From NCBI RefSeq assembly GCF_018350175.1, contig NC_058368.1, positions 23,624,001 through 23,688,000 of the forward strand: a stretch of DNA of 64,000 nt, read 5' to 3'. The translations under genes and the position numbers were made by a program. This DNA is from Felis catus (Eukaryota). Below are positions 1 through 12,579 of the stretch, piece after piece; within the stretch, counting starts at the first letter, position 1, and each line of letters opens with the position of its first letter. The notes under the pieces were generated by a model, which searched no databases, was not told where the DNA came from, and saw only the letters and a program-made list of their open reading frames with translations.

Positions 1-346
1 ATGTGTGAAGTACCTTTGAATTGTATGAAATAGCCATAGGAATAATTAAAAAAATAACCTATATCCTGCCTACCTCTCAAAAAGATGAAACTCCCTTGTT
101 GCTGCCCCCTCGTACCCCAACTAAAGAAAGCATGGTCACACAGGCTTTATTTTGCAGTACTTATCAGTTTTGTATGACTAATAGGAAAGAAGGTCTCTTC
201 ATTAAAAGGAAGCAAGAATTAAAGGAAAATGTAAAAAGAAATGTATTCTTTTTTTGGAGATTTTTAGTTTATATTCCAAGTGTCCAAGCCTAGGGAGTTT
301 GGATTAGGATTTTGGGATAGAAGTCTTAATGCAGAGGAAAAATAAT

Positions 347-1000
347 TGAAAACCCCTCAAATTTTCTCCCAACTCAGAAAAGCTCTCCCCACACAGTCAG
401 GAGAAACAGACAAACAGTTTTGCTATTGAATAAGTATTTAACCAGAACGGGACGCTCATCATATCAATTGCTAAGAAATTGCAAAGAGAGGAATTTCGCC
501 CCCTTATATGGTCAATCAGATTTTAAAGCCAAGAATGTTCCCTACATGTTCTCAAGATAAACAGTAACTAGTCCTCAAGTTAGAGGACTTGAGAGCACAT
601 TTGTCACACATAGTTCATCCTAAATTTACCTGATAATTGGGTTGACCATCTGTGTTAGCTAATTGGCTTCATTTAAAGGAAAACAAACTTCTCATAGCCT
701 TATGATGGGAGGTAGTTTTCCAACTTTGAGCGAGGCACCACTAGTTAGGCTCCTACCTCCCCCTCCCCTCCCACAATAGAGACTGGGAGATTCAAAAGAA
801 TGACTCCCGGGTCCTTGAGAAAGACATTCCTGGGTCATAAACTGGGCAAGGTAGTAAAAAAAAAAAGTCTCAAAAGGGCAGAGAGAATTTACAATTACAT
901 GTTTATTAAAAAAAATACTCTGACAAAAGGTAAGGGGGGTGTCTCTTCCCTTATTTTTAACAGGGAGAATTAAGCCTTTTATTTTCAATTTTTCTATATC
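347..1000 (-). mobile_element. ERV1 (MER4-group, MER34/MER101-like) solo LTR remnant
   Basis: Shares blocks (ccatctgtgtt.gctaa; tgagaaaga..ttcctgg; aatttacaatt) with the LTR at 51432-52300; family from recall. Confidence 0.6.
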
Positions 1001-2017
1001 CTAAAAAGTTGAGAGTTCTGAGTCCTATAATCAGCAACATACAGGACTGAGAAGCATAGGAATTTCTTGAACAGTAACTCCTGCAATTAAGCTAGAAAAA
1101 ATAAACAAAACTAATGTTTTTTCTTTCTTGCCATCATACTCTATTCAGGGATTATGCCATTTTTCATCTACTGCTGAGTTTCTGTTATATTACCAATTAA
1201 TTGTTCTAATTAAGAGAGAAAAAATAAATCATCCCCTTATTTTAAAGACATGTAGCAACCTTGCAACAATTTATCACTGTTTCCTAAAACACACAGTCTT
1301 TTCTGTAAGAGGCAGAAAGTGCTTTCTCTGGGAATCAGAAAGGGTCTTTTCACAATACCCTGGTTTCTAGAGAAAAGTGGGAGGGGGACTGGGCCACCTG
1401 GGCTTTGATTTTTTCTAGAATGGCAGTCCTATACCACTGAAGTGAACTTAATGTTTCCACTAAAGAATGGATAAAAACATCCTCTTTGCCTGGTTTGTGT
1501 TCTCTGCGAATTTAGACTTGAAAATTCTTCAGAAATTCACTACTTATCCCTTGACTGATAAATCTAGCTGTGACCTAAGGTAACTTCTCCCCTTCTTAGT
1601 GAAACTGTTTGGGGGTGAGCCAGTCTCCAGAGATTCTGGATGGTTAGAAAGAACAGAAGGATTCCAGAATGGGGTGGCAAGAAGTAAATTTTGGAGTCAA
1701 ATATTCATTCGGATATTCCCCTAAAGAAACAGACATAAATGCTTTTTGTTTGGCTCTGGGACTGAGCTCATGTGAGGATTTCCAGATTAGTGATGAAGTA
1801 AACCTGGATACTTAGAACTCATCCTGTTAGGACCTGTTTCTGTAGGGTGGTTCCATTTCTAAAACTGGCTTCTTATGGTTCATTTGACCCTGTTACTATT
1901 TCTTAGGCTTGCAGACCAGGCTGCTCAACTTGTGTGAGTTTAAAGTTCTAGAAGTAAAAGCAACTTGAATCGGATATAATCTTTCCACTTTCCATTGCCC
2001 ACCCCCCCCACACATCG

Positions 2018-2024
2018 TAAATAA

Positions 2025-2063
<39 letters not shown>

Positions 2064-2094
2064 ATGTATGTATGTATGTATGTATGTATGTATG
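2018..2094. repeat. Compound (TAAA)n(TGTA)n microsatellite
   Basis: Directly visible. Confidence 0.95.
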
Positions 2095-3343
2095 CATTTA
2101 AAATTATAACTTTGGAAGCATCTGAATTTGGCTCAATCGAGTTGAAAGACCTTTTTCTTTAAAAGCCCAAGGATACCTTTAAAAATAATGTTTCTAATCT
2201 TCCAGCTTTCTACTCTGAGCCTAGAAAATATAAATGTCACCTCTTAGAGGTTAAATAGCAGTTTATATGTTTGGCTACATGCCAAGAACTAACCTTAAAA
2301 TTCTGTCTAGCATATTGAAAAAAGAAGGAGCCTCAAATTTTTACAGTTATTTGACTTTACCTTGGTGAAATTTATAGGACTTTAGCATAACGAATGTATT
2401 TAATCATGTGATGGAAGCACACAATTAGTAGATAAATGGGCTAATTTTATTATCTAGATTTTAATAAAGCACTTGCTACTTTGCCTCATGAAGCCAACTT
2501 GGAAAATTAAGTAACATTAGCTCAGATGTGAATATTGTCACAAGGGCTCAATTTTGGCTGAAATCCCATAAAGAAAGAATAATGATGGTCATCAATGCAT
2601 TAAAATTGCAGGAAGATGCCCAGAGCAGTGCCTCAGGAAATTGGCATGAGACTAGTTTAAGATAATGTGTCCATTAATGATACAAAAGTTAGAGTAGAAG
2701 AGTGGTATGGAGACAGTATCTCAAGGAGTTTGATGAAATACAACTCCTCGTAAGTGAACTCTTTTTCAGTTTTATTTTAGCCATAGTCTGACATCTTGAA
2801 ATAAGGCATAATCAGAAGTGGTCCAGAAAAGTCTTGGTCATTTTAGATACCCTTAGGTCCTTCTTAAAGAAGTAATTTCACATAGAGGTTAAAAATAAGT
2901 TGCATTCACTTTCGAGGTTTGCTTCCTCTAGAACATGGAAACCGGCTTCTGTTAACTATTTTGTACCACCATGTGTTACATTGCATAGCAGGATGAAAAT
3001 AGCTCTTCCAAGATGTGAGAGGGAGTTGCTGCACTGCATTTTGAAGCATTGGCAAAGCACCCGAATTCGTGTTCAGGAGCTCCTTTTTGAGAAGATTGTT
3101 AAGGACTACATTGAACTACTCTGAATATTTGGAAAGGTGTTTGTTTGTTTCTAAACAGTTGTGTTAGTGTTGGTATGGAGGATCCTAGGAATGGAGGGGA
3201 ACTAGAGGGCATGGAAGGATTATAAATAGACAGGGAAGTCGCTCCATGTTCGTGAAATAACCCAGAGAATGTACTGAATTCATCTTCCTTTTTCATAGGT
3301 CCTTTGGGCCTTAAAAAATTATTCACTGTGAAGTGTGGGAGGG

Positions 3344-3530
3344 GGGGTGCCTGGGTGGCCAAGTTGGTTAAGTCTCTGACTTCGGCTCAGGTTATGATCT
3401 CATGGTTTGTGAATTCAAGCCCTGCATCGGCTCTCTGCTGTCAATGCAGAGCCCACTTCAGATCCTCTGTCTCCCTCCCTCTTTGTCCCTTGCACTCTCT
3501 CTCTCAAAAATAAATAAACGTTTAAAAAAA
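3344..3530 (+). mobile_element. Can-SINE
   Basis: ggggtgcctgggtgg head, CT tract, A tail; TSD core ttattcactg at 3319-3328 and 3532-3541. Confidence 0.95.
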
Positions 3531-4018
3531 TTTATTCACTGGAAAATAGAAGCTCAAGAGCTCAGTTTTGTCCTCTTTTCTATGTGGTTAAAACAGATCC
3601 CAAACAATAAAGTACTCTTAACTAGTGGTTGCCCTACTTGGATCTACTCAGTTTGTTTATTTGTTTATTTATTTTTGCATAGCTATCTATATTCTAAGTT
3701 GTTTTTCTTCCTGCATTTCAAATGTTTGGTTTTTGAATCCAGGAGCTCTCATTCAGCATTATGCTGGGCTCTGGGGCACAGGTGAGGGCTTCATCTGTGG
3801 GTGGTGGGATGATATGCTGTGGAGGAGGTATCTACTGGCTTATCATCATTAGAAGAACCTGACTTTGAGTCTAGGATGGCAACACTTGCCACCCTAGAAC
3901 TGACAGAATATTAGGTGAGTCTGATTTGTGGTGGCTGGGGGTTTGTACCCTGGCTATATTGCTGGTTTTAAATAAATGGACCAAAGGCTGACGTTAAATA
4001 TATCAAGAGTATTAGTCT

Positions 4019-4484
4019 CATGGTATGCTAAATAGTGACCTCTCAAGATGTTCATGCCCTACCCCCTGGAAACTGTGAACATGCTAACTCCTAAGGCAGA
4101 AGAGACTTTGCAGATATGAGATTAAAGTTCTTGAGATAGAGGGAGTATTCTGGCTAAAGCAGTGGACCCTAAATATAACTACAAGTATCATGCACAGAGG
4201 GAGCTGTGACTAGCACAGGGAAAGGCGATGTGATCCTATGAACAGAGTGATGCTATTTGATGATAGAGGGAAGGACTACAGGCCAGGAATAAGAGGTAGC
4301 CACTAGGAGTTGAAAAGGCAAGGAGACAGATTGTTCCTTAGAACCTGCAGAAGAAACCAGCCCTCCTGACTCCTTGACTTATGCCCAGACTTATATCTCC
4401 AGAACTGTGAGGGAATGAATGTGTTTTATTTTAAGTGACCAAGTTTGAGGTTATTTATTATTGCACCAATAGAACACACATGCA
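4019..4484 (+). mobile_element. MLT1 (MLT1C/D-like) MaLR LTR
   Basis: Motifs gactttgcagat, aaaaggcaaggagacagatt, tccagaactgtgag, ttttaag..accaagtttg. Confidence 0.8.
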
Positions 4485-4668
4485 GGTATAATGAACAAGG
4501 CACATCAAACTCATGCTCTCAAGACACAAGTGTGAGGATTGGTATTGTTACCTGGAGTGCTATGGATGTAACTGGAAACAGAGTTTCAAGGGCAAAATTT
4601 GGGACAAGAGAATAATGTGCATATGAATATAATTAAAGCTTTTAAGATCCAACAGTAAGACTTAAAAT

Positions 4669-4768
4669 GCATGTTCTCTATATTTGAGTCTGTTTTTTGT
4701 TTTCTTGAGATTTTTGTATACCTGAAACTAATATAACATTGTATGTCAACTATACTTCAGTAATAAAA
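4669..4768 (+). mobile_element. Micro L1 3' end with inverted 5' piece
   Basis: 4715-4768 matches the L1 terminus seen at about 41798-41849; 4672-4706 is reverse-complement L1 3' UTR; degenerate 12-bp TSD. Confidence 0.7.
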
Positions 4769-5938
4769 AACACTTTAAATCACAAGGGAAAAACTGGAAT
4801 AAAAAGGAGTCCATAATGAAAGTTCTGTGTTTGACTAAAGTATTTCCACCTAGACAAACACTATATTGGAAATAATGGCAAAGAACATGGGCTCTTGGGA
4901 CAAGACCCTGAAAAATTCAAGGGATACAAGATTTTCAAAATGGCTTTTAACCAGATTGGTAGCTTCCTCTACTACCTAGTTGCCTGACCTCAGGTTAGCT
5001 TTCCTGGGAACAGACAATTATTTCACGAAATCTACTATAGAACTAAGCCACTTAGATCCTAGTTAAGCTCCATGTCAAGTAGGTGACATGTCCTTGGGGC
5101 TGACAGCAGGATTTCATTTTTGCTTTGTTTTCTAGCAGATTTCACATGATCATAGTTAAAGAGGAGAACAGAGGAAAATAAGAGGTGAGTCCCCAGCATT
5201 TACTGGGCTCAGGACTACTTTTGGCCACATGTTCTTTAAGTTGAAATGGGTAGGTTGTTTTCCTGCTGTTAACAGGCTGAAGTATGTCAAAATTTGAAAC
5301 TGCCCACATTTTTGGAACAAGAGATCACACGAGCATAAGAGGATCTGTAAATAAAGTGCTGGCAATAGATTTTCTCCTGGTGAAACAGGCCTACTGGATT
5401 TCTCAGGAGATGCTTTCAATTCCCAGAGAAAAATATATTCCGGCTCTTGATTGTTATACTATTTGACTCAGGGATTTTTACTCTCTTCTGAGTATTTGCT
5501 TTCCAGAGAAAACAACAAACTATTAATTAGAACTGCTTCAGAGCAGTGAAATAATAGGCCTATACAACTGGTATCAAGTGCTTAGCCTCTGCTGATTACA
5601 GTCATTTTTAATGGATGCATCTTGTAAAAACATAGTATTTTTGCTAAGGACCCCAACTGGAGAAAGAATAAAATACAGAAAACAACAGTATCTCACTTTA
5701 GCATAGAAAATAGATTTTTCCCACAGTTTTAGCTTTAATATAATGATGATTCTCCCTGGAGGGGATTCAGAGCTAAGTCCTACTTTTTCCCCTGGCTTAT
5801 AGGTTTCTGTGTTCTAGGCTCTGAATAAAACATTTTTATTTTAGAGTTTATAGTTTGTGATAGGAGAAATGTCATGCAACCAAGTAGGTAGGACATACTT
5901 ACACCTTTACTTAACAGTAATGATGAGACATGAGACTA

Positions 5939-6157
5939 GAGGCGCATGGGTGGCTCAGTCGGTTGAGCGTCCAACTTCAGCTAAGGTCATGATCTCATAG
6001 TTCGTGAGTTCAAGCCCCATGTCGGGCTCTGTGCTGACAGCTCAGAGCCTGGAGCTTGCATCAGATTCTGGGCCTCCCTCTCTCTCTTCCCCTCCCCTGC
6101 TCATGCTCTGTTTCTCTCTCCCTTACAAATAAATAAACATTAAAAAATTTAAAAAAG
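5939..6157 (+). mobile_element. Can-SINE (felid type)
   Basis: Full head, CT tract, A tail, degenerate TSD. Confidence 0.95.
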
Positions 6158-6269
6158 AGTAACGATGAAACTTGAAAGTAAAATTTGTTCCAAGGAGTTC
6201 CATCACCAACACATCAAGGAGTCAGGAGTTACAACATTAGACATTCTAGTCTTAAAGATGCTCATTTTA

Positions 6270-6459
6270 GAGGCACCTGGGTGGTTCAGTCAGTTGAACA
6301 TCTGACTCTTGATTTTGGCTCAGGTCATGATCCCAGGTTGTGGGATGGAGCCCCCCAGCTTGGGCTCTGTGCTGGGAGTGGAGCCTGCTTAAGATTCTCT
6401 CTCTCCCTCTGCCCCTCTCTGCTCACGCTGTCTAAAATAAAATTAAAAATTAAAAAAAA
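6270..6459 (+). mobile_element. Can-SINE (older carnivore type)
   Basis: cttgattttggctcaggtcatgatc motif; TSD gatg(c/g)tcattttag. Confidence 0.93.
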
Positions 6460-6571
6460 TGATGGTCATTTTAGAAAAGAACTCTCCAACAGTTATTCAC
6501 AGGCATTCCTGTGTTTGTTTACTTACATCATGGTGCATGCACACAGATCTAATCTGAGATCCCTTTATTGG

Positions 6572-7015
6572 CATTCATTCATCACATATTTACCAAACTC
6601 CTGCTGACAGACCCTGTGCTGTGCCAGAGCAGACCTAATGTCTGTCTTTATGGAGCTTATATTCTACTGGGGGAAACAGGGTAACCAAATATCCATGATG
6701 GTGAGCGATATAAATGAGAGGACTTTGTTGTCATTCAGAATATTACAGAAGACTTAGAGTTGAGGAGACAGTCAGGGAAGATTTCTCTGAGGAAGTGACA
6801 ATTGAATTGAGAGCATTAGTAGGACTTGACCAGGCAAAGCAGCAAGGGTGGGGGGGGGGGGGTGAAGGGGAATCCTAGGTAGAGGGAATAGAATGTGCCA
6901 AGACTCTTGTTGAGAAGGAACATGGGACATTAAAAGAACTGAAAGATATTTTGGTGCAGTATGGAGAGTGGATTGCAGAGAGGCAAGGGTAGATGTAAGA
7001 AGCCAGTTTGGAGAA
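6572..7015 (-). mobile_element. L2 3' fragment
   Basis: cattcattca start; atggagcttatattctactgg; ctctgaggaagtgaca. Confidence 0.7.
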
Positions 7016-7231
7016 TACCGTGAGGGTAGATCTTACATTAAGTGTTCTTACCACAGTAAGCAAAACAAACAGGCATTTGCGATAGCGGATTTTCAAAGAT
7101 GCAGCATCGTTTGAGTAAAATCCAATTGCACAAATACTAGATGACCCTTGAATCTACCAATGATGTTAGTTTGTCAATGCCTGTCTGTTCTTGTACAAAA
7201 TGAATTAAAATGACAAGATTCCTTTAGAAAA

Positions 7232-7530
7232 ATGTTGTCTAATCCAGTAGACACTAGTCATAGCTATTGAACACTTGGAATGTGACTCATCCGAATTGAG
7301 ATGTTCTCTGAGTCTAAAATACACACTAGAATTTAAAGACAGTCTGAAAAAAAAGGTAAAACAATTCATTAGTGTCTTAATACTGATTATTGTTCTAATG
7401 ATATTATAGATTTCTTTTTTAAAAATATATTAAAGTTAATTCCATCTATTTCTTTTTAAGCTTTTTAATGGGGCCACTAGAAAATTTAAAATAGCACTGT
7501 GGCTTGCATTGTGTTTCTTTGGGCAGTGAG
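7232..7530. mobile_element. MER33/MER3-like hAT-Charlie MITE
   Basis: gctattgaacacttggaatgtg; ccactagaaaatttaaaat motifs. Confidence 0.75.
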
Positions 7531-7579
7531 TGCTGCCTTTGAGTGTGAGCCAGGTTTGCCTCAGACAGTACAAAAGAAG

Positions 7580-8825
7580 ATAATGGTAGAGCCACTTTGG
7601 AAGATAGTTTGGAGGTCTCTTAAAAAACTAAGCACATTCTCGGGGTGCCTGGGTGGCTCAGTCAGTTAAGCATCCAACTTTGGCTCAGGTCATGATCTCA
7701 TGATTCGTGGGTTTGAGCCCTGTGTCGGGCTCTGTGCTGACAACTCAGAGCCTGGAGCCTGCTTTGGATTCTGTGTCTCCCTCTGTCTCTGCCCCTCCCC
7801 ACTCACTCTCTGACTCTGTCTTCCAAAAATAAATACATGTTAAAAAAAAAAAACAAAACAAAAATCAAACAAACAAAAAAACTAAGCACACTCTTGTTAC
7901 ACAATCCAGCAATCATACTGCTTGGTATTTACCCAAAGGAAGTTGAAAACTTAGATCCACACAAAAACTTGCACGTGGATATTTATGGCACTGTGTTCAT
8001 AACTGCCAAACCTTGGAAGTACCCAATATGTCCTTCAGTAGGTGAATGGATGAATAAACTGTGATAAAAAGGAATGAGTTATGAAGCCATGAAAAGACAC
8101 AGAGGAATCTAAATGCATATTACTTAGTGAAAGAGGACAATCTGAAAAGGCTTCATACTGTATGATTTCAACTACATGACATTCCAGAAAAGGCAAAACT
8201 ACAGAGAGAGTAAAAAGATCTGGTTAAGACTATGGGGGAGGGTGGGGTGAACAGGAAGAGAATGGAAGATTTTTAGGGCAGTGAAAATACTCTGTATGAT
8301 TCTAGAATGGTGGGCTCATGTCATTATGCATTTGGCCAAAACTACAGAATGCACAACACAAGGAGTGAACCCTAACGTACACTTGTGGACCTTGGGTGAT
8401 AATGATGTGCCCATGTAGATTCAGTAAGCCTAACAAATGTACCACTCTGGTGGGGGATGTTGTATTGGTACCGACCTCATTAAATGTATTTAAATAAAAA
8501 AATACATGAACATTGTAAAAACTGGTAATTCAGTAATCATATTTGTTAATATTTTATTGAAGAAGTTTAAAAAAAGTGTTTTGAAGCTTTTCATATTTGC
8601 CGTGTATTTTGTAAAACATTGAAAATGGCTTGAAATAGGAGTACATGACAGCATTTCTTATGACTTGATCTATATTATTTGTCTTCCACATTCTAATAAA
8701 TTGAATAAAATCTATTTGGCTTAGTTCTCCTACATTATTTAAAAAAGCCATGGGTAAAAGAGGGTATATGAGAAATCTACTTTCCACTCCGTTTTGCTAT
8801 GAACCTAAAACTGCTCTAAAAAGGC
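7580..8825 (+). mobile_element. L1MC1-like 3' end, interrupted by a SINE and a non-L1 insert
   Basis: ORF2 C-terminal remnant (PAIILLGIYPKE...CPSVGEW) and 3' UTR ending gaacctaaaactgctctaaaa. Confidence 0.88.
7642..7875 (+). mobile_element. Can-SINE nested in L1
   Basis: TSD aaaaaactaagcaca(t/c)tct. Confidence 0.95.
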
Positions 8826-8969
8826 AGTATATATACACATACCCCAACTTGAGAATTTCTGATGTTAGTCTGACAAATAAGAGATTTTCCAAAGATTTCC
8901 AGCTCACTTGCCACCCTGAAAGAGTCAGTCATCTGGACTCTTCCAGAAGTTACAAAATAAACTACAGAT

Positions 8970-9183
8970 GGGGCGCCTGGGTGGCTCAGCCGGTTGAGCG
9001 TCCAACTTCGGCTCAGGTCATGATCTTGCAGTCTGTGAGTTTGAGCCCCTCGTAAGGCTCTGTGCTGGCAGCTCGGAGCCTGGAGCCTGCTTCTGTGTCT
9101 CCCTCTCTCCCTGCCCCTCCCCCGCTCATGCTCTGTTTCTCTCTCTGTCAAAAATTAATAAACATTAAAAAAAATAAAAAATA
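8970..9183 (+). mobile_element. Can-SINE
   Basis: TSD aaataaactacaga. Confidence 0.95.
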
Positions 9184-10029
9184 AATAAACTACAGAAATG
9201 CTCATCCTCAGCACCCAGCTGAGCTGTAGAGATGGGGCATGTCCCTCAGTCCTGGCCCTGCTATAGGCCCTGAACACACAGATATTCTCACACAGCCCCT
9301 CTCCCTCTCCTCATCAGGAAGACAGGGTATGCAAAGATTTTTCAGGAATCCAGTGGTCATTTGATGAATGATGAGAATTCCTGAATACATTTATGTATCT
9401 CTGGTAACTAGTGCAAACAGAGAAAGGCACTGAACAAACTGTGCTTCTTGTAGTGAACAAAAATTGTAGTAAATTAAGCTAAAAATTGTGGCCCAAGTAC
9501 AGCTACTTACAAAAATCTCTCAGTCATATATAAAACAGATGAAGGGCCAAGTTGAAAATTTATACACACTTTCTAAAATCCACCAGCTCCTTGGAAAGAG
9601 TCTAAATTTTCCACGTGTACACTACATAAATCCCACAAGTGTAAGCAATGCATTTGTCTTCATTCAGCCTTGAACCACTTCATTCCCAAGGGATTGCTTG
9701 GCTATTTAAATACAACTTACTTCTGGGGCTATGTACAGCTTCTCAGCACCGTGTTTAACTCCCCAGAAGCCTTCAGGTTTGAGAGGAAAATCTGGACAGT
9801 GATGGTAGATTGTGGATAAATTGTATTTAGGATCATACAATTTTCACAAAATGTCCTGGAGATACGAATGACCATAAGTAGAAATGACATCCAGGCAGGA
9901 AGGGGCATGGGGAGGCCATTAAGCCCCTTCTCCTGCCTTCATGTGGGATTGCACCATCCACTGGCCTGGGTTATAAGGGGATCAAACTTACAGGAAAGTT
10001 TTGAAGTGGGACACTAAGGGAGAAATTTG

Positions 10030-10560
10030 AGCGCAGGCAGGATGCGGTCAGGATATTGAAACCACTTAGGGACCTTAACAGATAATTTAGTATAGACATT
10101 TGTTAACTAAGTCTCAGAGAACTTCAAAGAAGGGAGAAACTAAGGTCTCACCGAGGAAGTAAAGGCAGCAGCAGCTACCACCCCTGGGATGAGGGAAGTG
10201 GATGGGTTGACCAGGAGGTAAAGAGGAAGAATCCTATGGAACTGGGAGCCATACCTTGGAGGAGGGAGGCTGCTGGCTGGAGCTGGCTTCTCCCAGCGGT
10301 GTAACCAGGCTGCTTCTGAGGGTATGAAAGAAACCGCTGGTGTGAAACCAGCTGCTGTGTGAAGAGCCAATTCTGGAGCGACGTTGACAGCAACAGGAAG
10401 CTGAGTGGGAAGGAATAACTTCCTTCTCCCTTCTTCCTTTTAGTTTCTAGTGAAGAACAACGCAGGGAGTAAAAACAAAGTGTGACTTAGGGGTCTCAGC
10501 GTCATGTAAGGAGGTGGGTTTAGAGTGAGAGCCAGTAGTCCAATAACCGGCATAACAGCC
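10030..10560. mobile_element. Ancient ERVL LTR remnant (LTR41-like)
   Basis: ctggagcgacgttgacagcaacaggaagc...gggaaggaataacttccttctccc resembles the recalled LTR41 consensus. Confidence 0.45.
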
Positions 10561-12579
10561 AAAGTATAAGTTGGTGAGGCTGTATGGCCGGGGCATACAT
10601 TCAAATAACTCTGCGAAAAGAGGGCTGCCTGGGTACAAGACAGCAAGACAGAAGCGAAGCCGAAATGTAAAACTGGATTAGGGTGGTTCGTGGTGGAAAA
10701 TAGACAAATCCGAGCCTTCCGTCTCCACGCAGACATTATCGAAAGGCTCCTTGTAAGATTCCTCTGTGAAACCTCTTAGTACCTTGAAAAGGGGGGAATA
10801 ACTGTAGCAAATAAGTGAGCTCATCTCTCTGTTCCTTCTTTCAAAGGTATCTGCACCTTAAGCCAAAAAATTTTAAAAAGACAGCTTTGTCTCTGTCTCC
10901 TATTAATACAAAGACACTGTTAACGTGCTGAAATTACTGTTTCAGGGTCTGCTGCCATTCTTAGGTGACAGCATCTATTCTTCTGTCTCCGTGATTTTAT
11001 TCTTCCGGTTTTATCAGGAAGACCACTTGGAAGACATTATGAGAAGAAGTTTTGCTTTGGTTTTCCTAAACACAGAACGCTAGACTCAACATGTCTAGGC
11101 AGGAGCACACACTGGAACAATGTGTCCTGTCCCCTACGACCTGGAGTTCCTCATATTTGTACCAGAAAATGAATCACGTATTCCAACACCATCATCGCTG
11201 TGTTTTCCTCCCAGTCATATGCCCATTACTGCTTTAACCCTAGCTCTCCTCCTGAGCTGCAGTGAAAGAGAAGTGAATGAATTCTACACCCCACTGAGAT
11301 TGGACTTTTACAGCTATGTTTAATTGTCAGGCTGTCAGGAAAAAAGTGAGATTTCTGTCCAATCAATATCTATCCCATTTCCCCCCCCACACACACACAC
11401 ACATACATACACCTACACCCACATGCACATGGTAAAACGGTCTTCTGTAAAAAGAAGAGACCTATAAAATATGAATATTGTCAGAAAATATAAAAATGAA
11501 GACATAACAGCATAACAATCAGATGCACACGGAGTGAGCTGTTTATAAATGTTAGAGGAAAAGAGATAAAGTGGAAGTCAGAGCCTGCCTCATCCATTCA
11601 CGTCAGAGTAGAATGAATCATAGCAGCAACTGGGATAGTGACTCAAACAGTAATTTAAAAGGAAATTTGGCAAGGAGAGGATGAAAAGAGGAGCTGGCAA
11701 CTCTGTAACCCTTGAGAGTATCTGTTCATGCAAAACTAATGGACCTTGTGTGGCCAACTGACCTCTAACAACAAACCATTGCAGGTGTCTCTGCAAAGCG
11801 GTATTATGACCTTCCTCCTCATTCTAAAGACGGGTAGGATAAAAGGTCAATGGTGGGTCTCTTCAAGCCACCACTCCCTAAAGGAGATGCCAAGATTTCC
11901 TGATTTGGGATTATCAACCCAGAGACATAGCTGATTAAGAGGGTAGCATCACACTAGAAGGCTGGTTACCTTTTAGTAACAAAAACAGCAGCCACATTTC
12001 AGCACAGCTGGTAGTTTCTGGAAAGAATGTAGGAAACCAGAAAAGAAAAATGCCTTTAAATCACTGAGCTCTCAATACCCAAATCAAAGTGACTCTTCCA
12101 GGCATCTTCACCAAATAGGGGTCCGTGGAGGGATGCTTCAGCCCTTCCAGGACCTAGAGTGTCTGTGGAACAAACCAGGACCATAAATTGCATGTGCACA
12201 GGTGTTTGCCTCCTTCACAAAACCTGGAGGGTCACATCTTGGGGGAACTGGAAGGGCAAGGAGGCCCAGAGAGGCAATGCTTTCAGTTGCTTATGCTTCT
12301 GTCATCAACCACCCTAATCCAATGAGGCTTCCAATGAGACCACAGCTTCTGGTTGTCACTTCTACTTAGTGTTTCACCAGGAAGACCTTTATGAGAAGGA
12401 ATGCTCACCAGCTGGTCCCACAAGAGATACACATGAGCCTCTGGGTGGGAGAAAATTCCTTCAGGAACTGGAGAGGTAACTGATGGCTAGAAGGTGTTTC
12501 ATTTTTACTCTCTGAGCACTGAGGCCTAAAAGAGCATTAGGGCCTTTGGTTCAACTTAGCAACTCCCTAGGGATTCCAG

